Assembly: GCA_038087875.1 (NCBI GenBank)
Contig: CM075985.1
Coordinates: 7,874,001-7,938,000, forward strand
Reading direction: 5' to 3'
Length of the DNA: 64,000 nucleotides
From: Malacoraja senta
Lineage: Eukaryota
Position numbers and translations under genes: made by a program. Every line of letters begins with the position of its first letter. Position 1 is the stretch's first letter. The notes beneath the pieces were generated by a model. The model ran no database searches, was not told the DNA's origin, and saw only the letters and a list, made by a program, of their open reading frames with translations. Positions 39,431 to 52,285 of the stretch are shown here, piece after piece.

Positions 39431-39517
39431 GATAATGTCTCAATCCTGCACTTTGGGTCTTCAAGGACGGCACTCAAATTCTTTGCTGACTTTGCAGTCA
39501 GTTTGTTGGAGCTTATC
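39431..39517 (-). CDS. IgV-TM-NLR receptor: LRR exon (ISSNKLTAKSAKNLSAVLEDPKCRIETL)
   Basis: 87 nt (29 codons), phase 2-2, flanked by tgtttccag| and |gtgaga. This is one ribonuclease-inhibitor-type repeat. Confidence 0.8.
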
Positions 39518-41172
39518 CTGGAAACACAAGACGTTGAAAACAATTAGAGACTTGAGTGCCTGGGGACAGAACACAAGCCTCACAAACTGCTGCCTGCAAA
39601 GGTAGCTGCAAAATAAACAGTTGTGTGCACTGCCGGGAGAGCAGAGTGCCCAACCTTGGTCCAACACGTGTGTCTGGGCAATGATTTTTGAACGATAGTG
39701 CAAATGGGGCTTAAAACGACCAGATAATTACATAGTTTAAGAGATCCTGTGTTTCTGCTTGAGAACTTTCTAACACACAAAATCAATTCAACCTTGTTTA
39801 TAATAATCAATGTTTGGATATTTGGATATACAAGAGACAGCAAACGCTGGAATCTGGAGCAAAAACAAACTGGTGGAGGAACTCAGTGGGTCAAGCAGCA
39901 TCGGTGGAGGCAGACAGACAGTCGATGTTTGCGGTCGAGGATTGAGAGCATAAAGGGGATATGGCCAGGACAGAAGTGAGTGGGAGACCGAGAGGCAGGA
40001 TCTGGCAAATGATAGGTAGAAACAAGGAACTGTAGATGCCGATTTACACAAAACACGGTAGTACACTGTAGTACACTGCAGGTCAGGCAGCTTCTCTGGA
40101 GAACGTAATAGGTGATGTTTCACGTTAGGATTCTTCTTCAAACTGATGATCAGTCTGTAGTGGGGTCCCGACCTGAAACGTCAGCGATCCGTGTTCTCCA
40201 GAGATGCTGCCTGACCCGCTGAGTTGCCCCAGCACTTTGTGTCCTTAAGTAATAGGTGGATCCAGATGAGGAGTGCTGAGATGAACCTGAAGCTGAGGAG
40301 GTGATAATGGGTACAAAGGACTGTAGATTATGGAATCTGATAAGAAATGATAATGGTGAGTGGAACCACATTAGGGTGGGATGGTGGGTAAAAGGGGAAC
40401 AGTGGAGGGAATAGGGAAATCAAGTGCGTGTAATGTGCAAGTGATACACTGATGGAATCATTTGGGATGGGGTAGGGTGATTACAGAAACTGAGAGTAAG
40501 AGGGGTTGGGTTTGTAAAGAAGGGGCATGTGAGACAACCTAGGTATATCAGGAGACAACAAATAGACAGAGGGGTTACGTGACTTCGATGTTCATACCAT
40601 TAGGTTGTAGACCACCCAGGTGAGATGGGAGATGCTGTTCCTCTAGATTCATGAATACCTGTCCATTGACACTGCTGTGTTGGAAATGGGGTGGGGCAAG
40701 ATTTACAGAAAGATCAAACCCCCAACAGGTATATTTGCAGGTAAAGCAAACCGTTCCCAAGTCTTTTTATAGTGATCAATGCAAATGTATTCATAAGAGC
40801 AACAATTAGAATGAATGCATAGAATTAAATCCCTGCCCTTGTGGTTATTACAATGCAGCTCTGTGACTCATTGCAACTCTGTGGCTCTACACGGCAACAT
40901 TGGAGGTGGATAGGGTTATGATAGAACAATGTAGGTGAGGGAGATGATTGCACAAATTGTTTCCATTCTAGTCTTGAAGAGTAGTATCTCCATTTGCATA
41001 TATTTCATTGCAACTTTCAGGCACAAATATTAGCTGGGATAAAATAAATCAGGACATGCAGGGCATAAAATGTGACAAAAGAAAGTATAAAACATGTCGA
41101 CAAACACTGAGCATGCAAGAAGGTAGATTAGTGCAACTGGAGCTTAATATTCTTTTGAAAATCATTACTCAC

Positions 41173-42862
41173 AAAAGAGTTCTGCAATTGACTAGTATTT
41201 CTTGGAGCAGCTTTATTCCTTCATCACCAATGCTACAGTGCCTCAAATCCATCTCCTCCACGGTGGAATGATTGAGACAGTAGCACAAAGCACGCAGATC
41301 GAGTGGGCTCAGAGAAAAGTTGTGAAAATCCACATGTCGGATGCAAGGAGATACTTCAGCCGTTACAGTGGCATCATTCAGTTCAAAGAGACATTGCATC
41401 AAATTCAGCAATTCTGCCTTCTTAATGTCTCGCTGAAGGCTGTTTTTGAACCATGTTGTGAGAGCTCTGGCTGTAGAAGGGGGGAGAGGAGTTGTATAGT
41501 TCCACAACTTGCCATCTCTTCCTGCGGTTAAGAAACCAATGAGAAACCTCAGAAAATTGTACAGGTTCTCTGTGTGATCAGGTTGAAAAGATTGCAAATA
41601 AAATTGGCTCATTTGATTTAGTGGCCTTTTCCCAAAGCACCACAGATCCAGACACTTGACCAATTCTTCAGCTTCATTGTTGAGTAAAGTAGCACAATAC
41701 AAAGCTGCAAATTGTTCCTTCAGCACTGCATGGTGGAACTCAAACACTCCATGGCATTTACAGTCCAGCACAAAATTTGAAAGATATTTTGAAAGGATGT
41801 CTGGGTCTATTTCATAGGTCTTCAGATCAGTCACATTGATTTTAAGTTTCCCTGATAGCAGAGAGTTGAAGGATAGTTCTCCCAGTTTCAGGATGGTGTT
41901 TTTAAACAATTCCTTCTCTGTTTCTTTACACGTGCTGCCGTTAAACAGACTGTACAGCAACAATGTAAAAACTTTGCTATTTGTCACTGGTTCATTTGCA
42001 GGCACTCGTTGAGAGCTGGTACACTTGTCCAAATAATTGCACAGAATGAAGCTGTTGAGGGGATTGGAAGCCAGACATTTGATGGTCGCATTCTCTGTAA
42101 TGAGTTGAAACATTTCTTCTGCCTTTTGCTTCTCTCCATAAAACACCTCACAATATCTTTTCAGCTGATCATTGGTAAAGCCAGAGATAACAAAAAGCTG
42201 ATCAAAGTACTTCTTGTTAAATTCTATCTGCTTGGTATTCCACCGGGAGGTAACCAACACATGGGCTTCTCGAAGGAGGTTCTTGGATATTAGCTTGGAA
42301 ACAAGAACACCTACTTCAGCCTCACTATCCAGATTGAAATCACAGCCTGATGGAATCCATTGCAACTGATGGGCGAATTCATCAAGCCCGTCCAAAATGA
42401 TCAACACATCTTGAGGGTTCGAGAGGAGTTCTGTTAGGACTGATGACAAAGGTGTGCAATGCTTCTTGAGCAGATCCCGGAGAGATGTCTTTCCTTTAAC
42501 CTCATTCAAGTCACGGAATCTGAGAACAAGGACGCACCTCAAGGTGTGGGTTGGTTGAGATGCCCACTCTTGTTCCATGCTGACAACAGTCCAACTTTTC
42601 CCTACTCCTGCATCACCTACCAGCAGGACTCGCTTTGAGAAGTTTTCTTCCTGAAGCAAAGACAGCAGTTGTGAAATTTGTACTTCTTGTGCAGTATTCG
42701 AGTCATCGCTCCTGATAAGATCACCGTCTGGGTCTTGTTCCTTCGGGTTGGTAACATTGATGGTTCTGGCAAGCGAATTATTTGCGAATTGCTTTTGTAT
42801 TAATGAACAACATAAATGAATTTGATCTTTCAAGATGTACTGTTTATAGTTCTGAATGGCAT
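41173..42862 (-). CDS. IgV-TM-NLR receptor: large NACHT exon (NBD, HD1, WHD, HD2, first LRRs)
   Basis: 1690-nt open exon with phase-1 acceptor tttttcttcag|AT and phase-2 donor TT|GTGAGT. Motifs: Walker A GDAGVGKS, Walker B ILDGLDEF, sensor-1 LVTSR, GFTNDQ, NPL, WHD FEFHHAVLKEQFAALY, HD2 FLRFLIG, and LRR MDLRHCSIGDEG. Confidence 0.93.
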
Positions 42863-44275
42863 CTGAAGAAAAAGATACATTTCTCAGAACGAGTAAGTAT
42901 TTTATTATCATGGATTAACAAAATGTGAGAACTGAATATTTCAGAAATGAGCATCATATATCCATCAAGTTGCTGATCCCCTTTAAGAATTCCCACATCG
43001 CTTCAGGTTTAAGTTGTCAGAGTTATGCAGCACAGAAACAGCCCCTTCAGCCCGCCTTGTCCATGCCAATCATCAAGTAACCATCTATACTATTCCATTT
43101 GCCAACTGTTGTTCAGTATGCCCTGGCTAACACAAGTATTAAACTCTTGCAGATTTTCCATTCATCATCTACACCAGCTTTTGGTTGGCACTTTGTTACA
43201 CAGTTCAAAATATCCATATTATGAAAATATTTCACATAACAAAATCTGATGCAGTTTGAAGGTGAACCTGGGATTCCTGGGTGCGTGGGGATGATGCAGA
43301 ATGACGATCCTCCTGCCAGATAATACTCAATGGCTAGATTATGGTCTTCCAGCATGCAACTCCATTGTAGAATGGATCCATGATTTGGAGGGCAGCAAAA
43401 CGGAGTGAGAAACAAGGAACTATCCGTGCACCCAACACTACGGTACCATTCAGGATATATTGGTGGGACTCTAGGTTGGTCAACGTATGATTACACCAAG
43501 CCAAGGGGTGAGGGACACTGATCGAACCATTTACAATGGTATCAAGGTTAACTATGAGGCTGTACAGGGAGTAGGGCAAGCAGTGGAGTATGCTGGCATA
43601 GTGATTAACATCTAGAGGCTTGGACCATTGATCAAGTGACATCAGCCCAAATCCCACCACAGCAGCTGTGGAATTGAAGATTCAAACAATCTCAGTAATG
43701 GTGATGACGAAGTGACAAGACTGCCATAAAAATCCATCTGCATCAATAATTTCAGATATCTGCCATTCTAGCCTGATGTGGCTTAAAAAGTCAAACAGCT
43801 GCTGAATGAGTTGTGAGACTGGATGGGCTTCCTGATACTTTGCTCAAACATATCTGGATTTTATATATATTTTGTATGTTCTTTCTTTCAACATTCATAA
43901 TTATTTAAATGTTTTATACATTCATCGACCACACTCTAAAAACAATTATTTCACACCCTTCTGAAGATTGATTCCATGGCAGATTCCAGTAGTGGACAAG
44001 GAGACCACTTCTACTATTGTGGGCAGAAACTACTGCATGCTAGAGCATAACTTAAGAAAATCTCAATGGAGGTTGGTTCTTTACCTTTTATATTGTCTGC
44101 CAGTAAATGAACATCTGGAAAAAGAAATAGAATAAACCACATGTTAGAGTATGTTCCTCTCAAAGGATGTCATATACACTGTGGCTGAAAGTGCCTAGAA
44201 ATCCTTTCCCAATGGAGTGTTCTGAACACATTCTCGAATAGGTATTCAGTTTGTGTGATTAATGGCCAAAATCTT

Positions 44276-45496
44276 TTTTTACATTTTTTATTTATTAGAA
44301 GTACATTACATTACAACCACATACATTAGTACTCGTCACTTATGTCTTCTTACAATTAATGTACTCCATTTATTTTTTACACTAGAAAAGGAAAAGATTG
44401 AAAGAAAGAAGAAAGTGAAGGAAAAAGTGAGAGTGTAGAAAATGTGACAACAAAAAAGGACGAAGACCCTATAAGAACAAAATTAAAAACAAAAGAAAAA
44501 GAGTTAAGAAATAGACCCTAGAAAAGAAAGAGAAAGAGAAAGAGGAAAAAGAGAGAAACAAATATTTTTATGAGCATTACGCAAATGGGACATACCAACT
44601 CTTCAACTATCATCCCCCCTTACCTGACCTCAATTTTTTTTTTTTTAAAGGTACCTTTGCACCCTATATTTGTAATAATTCTATAAATGCAGACCACGTC
44701 AGGTGGAAGTGCTGGTTTACCTGCTAGGAGGAGTCTTATCTCTTCTAGGTGTAATGTTTCGAACATATTTGAAATCCACATGTTTATAGTTGGTATAGGA
44801 GCCTTCTTCCAAAATTTTAGAATTAGCTTTTTTCCAGTTATTAACCCATAGTCTATTAGTTTCTTTTGAAACACATTTAGTTCTGGACCATCTTCCGTTA
44901 TTCCGAAGAAAATCCATTCTGCTTTGGGTATCAGTCTTTTTTTAAATAACTTTGTAAAGATTTCAAAAATTTAATTCCAAAATTTTTGAATTTTTGTACA
45001 GAAAACGAATGAGTGCGCTATAGTAGCTTCTTGGGATTGACATTTATCACAAATAGATGATACATTTGGGAAAATTTTATGAATTTTAGTTTTCGAATAA
45101 TATAATCTATGTAAAATTTTAAATTGTATTAAAGTGTCTTACATTAATCGAACATTTATGCACGTTTAATGTGTTCATTCCAACTTTCCTTTGAAATTTT
45201 AATAGCTAAGTCTTGTTCCCAGTCTCTTCTGATACCCTCCGTAGATGGTATTTGTACATTTAAGATATTATACAAATATGATATTAAGTTTGCTGATTCA
45301 GCTTTTATCTGCATTGCCTCATCCAATACATCTACTGGGTTATTATAATGATCTTTTGTATATTTTTTCAAATAGTCGCATATTTGAAAATATTTAAAAT
45401 ATTGATTATTTCCGAGTTTATATTTTGTTTGTAATTGTTGAAATGAAAGTAATTTTCCAGTTTCATACAAGTCACCGAGCGTTTTAATTCCTAGTC
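44276..45496 (-). mobile_element. 5'-truncated L1 retrotransposon (ORF2 C-terminus, 3' UTR, poly-A)
   Basis: L1-type peptides LGIKTLGDLY, FKILHRLYY...CDKC...HSF..C and KKLILKFWK. AATAAA and an A-rich tail lie near 44276-44295. A 13-bp TSD TGGCCAAAATCTT sits at 44263-44275 and 45497-45509. Confidence 0.88.
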
Positions 45497-45524
45497 TGGC
45501 CAAAATCTTAAACATTTTACTCAC

Positions 45525-45677
45525 TCTCTTCAATATCTGGTTTCTTCTTGTTTTTCATTTGCCAAAACAAAATTCCAAATGCAATTGAAACAAGTAGCAC
45601 TGGAAGTACGAGTACAAGCTTTTTCCTTTCTGAAGCTGGATCGGTGCCACCGGATGCATTATTCTCTGATGTATCTA
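45525..45677 (-). CDS. IgV-TM-NLR receptor: stalk plus transmembrane exon
   Basis: Phase 1-1, with a tandem TAG-TAG acceptor at 45677/45674 and donor A|GTGAGT. Encodes the 19-residue hydrophobic stretch LVLVLPVLLVSIAFGILFW followed by the basic stop-transfer QMKNKKK. Confidence 0.8.
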
Positions 45678-47704
45678 CTATGTTCAGAACACATAAGAGC
45701 AAATGGTTAGTGTTAAATTAAGAATTGAGCTAAACCACACTTTCAAATCAAGATATATTATAATGTAATTAATTTTATAATTCGCATTAGGGAACAGGAT
45801 TGTGAAAATCTGATTGACCCTTTTTTATTGCAAGTGTAATACTAGTGTAAGTCTTCTGTTTTGAATACAACTTTTTAGAAGCAACAAGTGCTCACACGAT
45901 ACAAACCTGTCACAAATGAACCATGACCATAATCTCCAGATCAACAATGCAGCTATGTGCCTTTGAGTCCTGAAAAGCGCTATATAAATAAAATCTATTA
46001 TGTGCGTTCACATGGGCTAAGCTATGCCTGTCTTTTTGTGGGATATAGGGAGCCGTCACTGTTTTGGGGGCAACTCTGGCACATCCCTCTACTCTTCTTC
46101 TAGTACATCGACGATTATATCAGTGCTGCTTCTTGCACTCAGGCACAACTCAAATGCCTTCCTTTTTGCTTCCAATTTCCAACATCGCTTCTCCTTCTAG
46201 ATCTCTGTCGTCAATTCAGGGGATAGGCTAGCGACAAACTGACATTACAGTCTGAAGAAAAAGGTCTCGATCCGAAACGTCACCTATTTCTTTTCTCCAG
46301 AGTTGCTGCCTGACCCACTGAGTAACTCCAGCTTTTTGTGTCTATCTTCGGTTTAAACCAGCATCTGCAGTTCCTTCCTACACAACAGAGTTCCCTGGAT
46401 CTTTCCTTCTAACCGGTTGTCTCTCCGTTCAATGGATCATCTTTGCAAATTCCAGCAGCTCCAACAAGACTTGACCACCAAACATATATTTTCCTCTGTG
46501 CAGGAAAGAACTGCAGATGCTTGTTTAAATCGAAGGTAGACACAAAATGGAGTAACTCAGCAGGACAGGCAGCATCTCTGGAGAGAAGGAATGGGTGACC
46601 CTTCTTCAGACTGATTTCCTCTCCTCCCTTTTCAGCATTTTGAAGGAATCACTCTGAGTGCAGGCAGAGGGCAGTTATTTTAACCTGACATCATGTTTGG
46701 CGTGGACATTACGGGCCGAATGTCCTGCTCCTGTGCTGCACTGTTTTACATTCTATGTATTTCCCAGGTCCGGTGTTCTGTATTGATCAATCGCTCCCAA
46801 GCTTGGGACACTCTCTCATGCAACCACAGAAGTTGCAAAACCTGCCTTTTCATCTCTTCCCTTCCCACTGTCCAGGGATCCAGTCTTCCCAGATGAGGCA
46901 CTTATTCACTTGCACTTCCAAACCTATCACCAGAAAAGACAAAACACAAATCGGATGGTCCCTTTGCTTCCATAAGCCAGGGCAATGACTGCAAGAGTTG
47001 GAACATCATGTTGGAGCTGTACTAAACACTGCTTACACTGCATTTGGAACACTGAGTGCAGGTCTAGTTGTCACATTACAGGAAGTGTTATTGTAAAAGC
47101 ATTCACAAGATATTCAGCAGCATGTCGCCCAGAATAGTGGACTGTAATTATAATGAGAAATTGGAAAGGCTGGATTTTCACTCACTGGAATGCCAGACGA
47201 CAGGGTACTCTGCCTGTACCAGTTTAAATGGGATATCAATAGGATATAGTCAGAGTGTTTTTCCGCAGGGAGCCAGAACTAGAGGGCACAGGTTTAATGG
47301 AGACACAAGTTGTGACAGACGCTGGAATCTTGATCAAAATACAAAATGCAGGAGAAACTCAACATCTACGGAGGGAAATGGACAGATAAGATTGCGGGTC
47401 GAGACCCGGTTCAAGGTGAGAGGGGAGACTTTTAAAAGAGATCTGATGCAAATATTTTCACACAAGATGATAATATCTGGGATGAGCTTCCAGAGGAGGT
47501 AGTAGAAGGTGATACTATGACAATGTTTGAAAGACATTTGGAAAGGTACTTGGATGGGAAAGACGCAGAATGATACTGGTCGAATGCAGACTAATGGGAT
47601 TGGCAGAGAATGGCATTGGCATGAGATGGCCAAAAGATTCCCTTTCTGTGCTTTACAATTCTATGAAATTTACACAACAAAACATCGTCACAAGATGCAC
47701 TCAC

Positions 47705-48052
47705 CATTTAATTTTAGTTCCACCATGTTCTCAATGAGTGGCATTCCATCATCCACAGTTACAAAGCAAGTGTAGTTACCCACATCAGATAACAACATTC
47801 TATCCAATTTCAGGCTCGCATTCCCTTTGGAGAATTCTGAGAGAAATAGTTGAGTGCGGCCCAGGAATGCTTTGTCCTGAAACTCCGGATGGATTGTTCC
47901 AGAATAGAAACTGTAAACCACGGCGAGACTGTTTGTCCGCTGCCATGTGATGATGAGATTTTTCAGATTGAAGTTGGATGAAGCATGGAAGGCGCTGGGC
48001 AGCAAGATGTCTCTATTTAACAGCCCATAGGATTGAGAGAAAGACCCTTCAG
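47705..48052 (-). CDS. IgV-TM-NLR receptor: B7/butyrophilin-family IgV exon
   Basis: 348 nt, phase 1-1 (ttttcccag|CT ... AAT G|gtgagt). It has IITWQR, FQDKAFLGRTQLFLSEFSKGNASLKL and DVGNYTCFV, which are B7-family V-set hallmarks, plus N-glycan sequons NAS and NYT. Confidence 0.88.
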
Positions 48053-48749
48053 CTGGGAAAATAGAGGAAATGAAAATGCATGCGTTAACTTGCAGATAAA
48101 GTTGGAGTCACCTACCTCCAAACTTCCTGTGCTCCAACCGAGTTCAGTTTAGTTTATTGTCACATGTACCGAGGCACAGTGAAAAACTTTTGTTGCGTGC
48201 TATCCAGTCAATAGAAAGACAATACATGATAACAATTGAGCCATACAGTGTACAGTTTATTTCCAGTGTATTACAGTGCAGTACAAGGGAATAAAGTTTA
48301 GTGCAAGGTAAAGCCAGCAAAGTCCGAACAAGGAAAGTCTGAGAGTCACCAAAGAGGTAGATAGTAGTTCAGCACTGCTCTCTGGCTGTGGTACGCTAAA
48401 GCTTCCAGCATGCCACAAATCCAATCCACTGACATGTTTCCACATCTCTATCACGCTTTACAAGATATTACTTTAGTTATAAAATGAAATGAAGGGAAAA
48501 GGGAATGTTAGGATTGAAATTAAGGTAAAAACAGGAGAATAATGTCACTGGAATAGGCAAATAAGCAATGAAAAAAAATGTGTGTCTTTATTATATTGTT
48601 GAGCAAAGGGATTACTCTTCAATCTTCAATTAGGCAATGAATAAAACAGAAAACTTAATTGCCTCTAAGATCAGATTCATAACTTGTGAGAAGCAGCCAG
48701 CGAGTGGATGACAAATTTACACAATCTCCCCATTGAGATGAACACTCAC

Positions 48750-48804
48750 CCAAGCTAGGGAACAGCAGCAATGACAACAGCATCTTTTCCACTGTAAACT
48801 CCAT
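48750..48804 (-). CDS. IgV-TM-NLR receptor: signal-peptide exon (MEFTVEKMLLSLLLFPSLA)
   Basis: Acceptor ttcaag|GCCATGG gives a near-ideal Kozak context. The leader is hydrophobic, and the phase-1 donor G|GTGAGT matches the IgV exon acceptor. Confidence 0.75.
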
Positions 48805-49149
48805 GGCCTTGAACATTAAAAACAAAACAAGTTATTTTTTTGAGCATCTCCAAATCTTCAGGAACAGTGCCTCGGGAGCGATGGATAACAAACCAAGTTG
48901 ATGCGAAATTTCATCACCGATGTCTGCCTTCATCAGAAGACGGCTCCGAAGAAATAATAAATGGTCCACATCCCCCAGGGTCACAGGGTGGATCTTTATT
49001 GTCAGAGGGCACTGCTGTCGACATGGCTGGGCTAACGCTGGACCCTTGACCTGTGGATTGTGATCCTAAGACCGATGATCTCATGTGCTTCAGTGCATGT
49101 CAATACTCAATGACTTGCATGAGTCATTACCACATGGTAGGCTGCTCTG

Positions 49150-50248
49150 GAAGGTTATATCACATGGGATCCAAGGAGATAGTTGAATGGATAGAAAACT
49201 AGCTTCTTGGAAGGAGCAGAGGGTGATGGTGGAAGGTTGCTTCTTGGACTGGAGGTCTGTGACTAGTGGTGTGCCTCAGGGTTCGGTGTTGGACCCATTA
49301 CTATTTGGTATCTATTTCAATCATTTGCATGAGTATGTACATGGCAAGATTAACAAATTTGCAGATGATACAAAAGTGGGTGGTATTGCAGATAGTGAAA
49401 ATGGTTATCAATAATAGCAGCAGGATCTTGATCAGTTGGCCTGGTGGGCTCAGGAATGGTTGATGGAATTTAATACAGAAAATGTTCAGTTGTTGCATTT
49501 TGGAAAGTCTAATATAGGTCAGACCTACAGGGTGAATGGTCAGGCTCTGTGAATTGTTATAGAGCAGAGGGATCTATAAGTGCAGGTACATAATTCCTTG
49601 AAAGTAGCGTCAAAGTGGTCAAAAAGACTTTTGGCACATTGACCTTCATCAGTCAGAGTATTGAGTATAGAACCTGGGAGGTCATATTGCAATTATATAA
49701 GATGTCAGTGAGACCACATTTAGAGTATTGCATTCAGTCCTGGTCACCGTGTTATAATAATAATAATAATAATAATAATAGATTTTATTTATATAATAAT
49801 AATAGATTTTATTTATATAGCGTTATAGAAAAGATGTTTAGTTGGAAAGGGTGCAGAGAAGATTTACAAGAATGTTGCCAGGACTCGAGAATCTGAGCTG
49901 TTGGGAGAGATTGAGCAGTCTGGGACTCAATTACCTGGAGAGCAGGACGATGAGGAGTGATCCTATAGAGGTGTATACAATCATGAGAGGAATACATCAG
50001 GTGGACACACAGAGATTCTAGCCCAGGGTGGGGGAATCGAGAATCAAAGGGCAGAGTTTTAAGGTGAAGGGGAAAAGATTTTATAGGAATCTGAGGGATA
50101 ACATTTTCAGGCACAGGGTGCTGGGTGTTTGCAACAAGCAGCTGGAGGAAATGGTAGAGGCAGGGATTATAGCAACGTTGAAGGAGCAATTAGATTGGTA
50201 TGTGGATAGGACCGGTTTAGAGGGATATGGGCCAAACGCAGGCAAGTA
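49150..50248 (+). mobile_element. Older degenerate CR1 fragment (duplicated at about 58078-59177)
   Basis: GVPQGSVLDP and KFADDTK motifs with stops and frameshifts. Confidence 0.8.
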
Positions 50249-52285
50249 GTGCATCCGTGGATAACAAGGGAAATCAGGGATAGTATCAACACAAAAGATG
50301 AAGCATACAAATTAGCCAGAAAAAGCAGCCTACCAGAGGACAGGGAGAAATTCAGAGTCCAGCAGAGGAGGACAAAGGGCTTAATTAGGAAAGGGAAAAT
50401 AGATTATGAATGAAAACTGGCAGGGAACATAAAAACTGACTGCAAAAGTTTTTATAGATATGTGAAGAGAAAGAGATTAGTTAAAACAAATGTAGGTCCC
50501 TTGCAGTCAGAAACAGGTGAATTGATCAAGGGGAACAAGGACATGGCAGACCAATTGAATAACTACTTTGGTTCTGTCTTCACTAAGGAAGACATAAATA
50601 ATCTGCCGGAAATAGCAGGGGACCGCGGGTCAAATGAGATGGAGGAACTGAGTGAAATCCAGGTTAGCCGGGAAGTGGTGTTAGGTAAATTGAATGGATT
50701 AAAGGCCAATAAATCCCCAGGGCCAGATAGGCTGCATCCCAGAGTACTTAAGGAAGTAGACCCAGAAATAGTGGATGCATTTGTGATCATTTTTCAAAAC
50801 TCCTTAGATTCTGGAGTAGTTCCTGAGGATTGGAGGGTAGCTAATGTAACCCCACTTTTTAAAAAGGGAGGGAGAGAGAAAACGGGGAATTACAGACCAG
50901 TTAGTCTAACATCAGTAGTGGGGAAACTGCTAGTCAGTTATTAAAGATGGGAAAGCAGCACATTTGGAAAGTGACGAAATCATTGGACAAAGTCAGCATG
51001 GATTTACGAAAGGTAAATCATGTCTGACGAATCTTATAGAATTTTTCGAGGATGTAACTAGTAGAGTGGATAAGGGAGAACCAGTGGATGTGTTATATCT
51101 GGACTTTCAGAAGGCTTTCGACAAGGTCCCACATAAGAGATTAATATACAAACTCAAAGCACACGGTATTGGGGGTTCAGTATTGATGTGGATAGAGAAC
51201 TGGCTGGCAAACAGGAAGCAAAGAGTAGGAGTAAACGGGTTCTTTTCACAATGGCAGGCAGTGACTAGTGGGGTACCGCAAGGCTCAGTGCTGGGACCCC
51301 AGCTATTTACAATATATATTAATGATTTGGACGAGGGAATTGAATGCAACATCTCCAAGTTTGCAGATGACACGAAGCTGGGGGGCAGTGTTAGCTGTGA
51401 GGAGGGTGCTAGGAGGTTGCAAGGTGACTTGGATAGGCTGGGTGAGTGGGCAAATGCATGGCAGATGCAGTATAATGTGGATAAATGTGAGGTTAGCCAC
51501 TTTGGGGGCAAAAACAGGAAAGTAGACTATTATCTAAATGGTGGCCGATTAGGAAAAGGGGAGATGCAACGAGACCTGGGTGTCATGGTACACCTGCCAT
51601 TGAAAGTAGGCATGCAGGTGCAGCAGGCAGTGAAGAAAGCGAATGGTATGTTAGCATTCATAGCAAAAGGATTTGAGTATAGGAGCAGGGAGGTTCTACT
51701 GCAGTTGTACAGGGTCTTGGTGAGACCACACCTGGAGTATTGCGTACAGTTTTGGTCTCCAAATCTGAGGAAAGACGTTCTTGCCATAGAGGGAGTACAG
51801 AGAAGGTTCACCAGACTGATTCCTGGGATGTCAGGACTTTCATATGAAGAAAAACTGGATAGACTCGGCTTGTACTCGCTAGAATTTAGAAGATTGAGGG
51901 GGCACCTTATCGAAACTTACAAAATCTTAAGGGGTTGGACAGGCTAAATGCAGGAAAATTGTTCCTGATGTTGGGGAAGTCCAGGACAAGGGGTCACAGT
52001 TTAAGGATAAAGGGGAAATCCTTTAGGACCGAGGTGAGAAAAACATTTTTTCACACAGAGTGGTGAATCTCTGGAACTCTCTGCCACAGAAGGTAGTTGA
52101 GGCCAGTTCATTGGCTATATTTAAGAGGGAGTTAGATGTGGCCCATGTGGCTAAAGGGGTCAGGGGGTGTGGAGAGAAGGCAGGTACAGGATACTGAGTT
52201 GGATGATCAGCCATGATCATATTGAATGGCGATGCAGGCTCGAAGGGCCAAATGGCCTACTCCTGCACCTATTTTCTATTTTTCT
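50249..52285 (+). mobile_element. Young 5'-truncated CR1 LINE, ORF2 with a frameshift near 50935 and an intact 3' tail
   Basis: RT motifs in ORFs 50462-50944 and 50964-51947 (GNYRPVSLTS, QHGFTKGKSCLTNL, GVPQGSVLGP, KFADDTK). The typical CR1 3' UTR ends ...ggcctactcctgcacctattttcta. Confidence 0.92.

Noticed and set aside
42863-45524. Possible PYD/CARD/death-domain exon that would make the NLR an ordinary separate gene
   Set aside because: The minus-strand ORFs here (43113-43415, 43334-43660) show no death-fold pattern, and the rest is L1 or AT-rich intron. A small exon could still have been missed.
45700-47700. Possible IgC exon between IgV and TM, as in typical B7 molecules
   Set aside because: No Cys-Trp-Cys C-set pattern in minus-strand frames; the interval is CR1, PLE and SINE debris.
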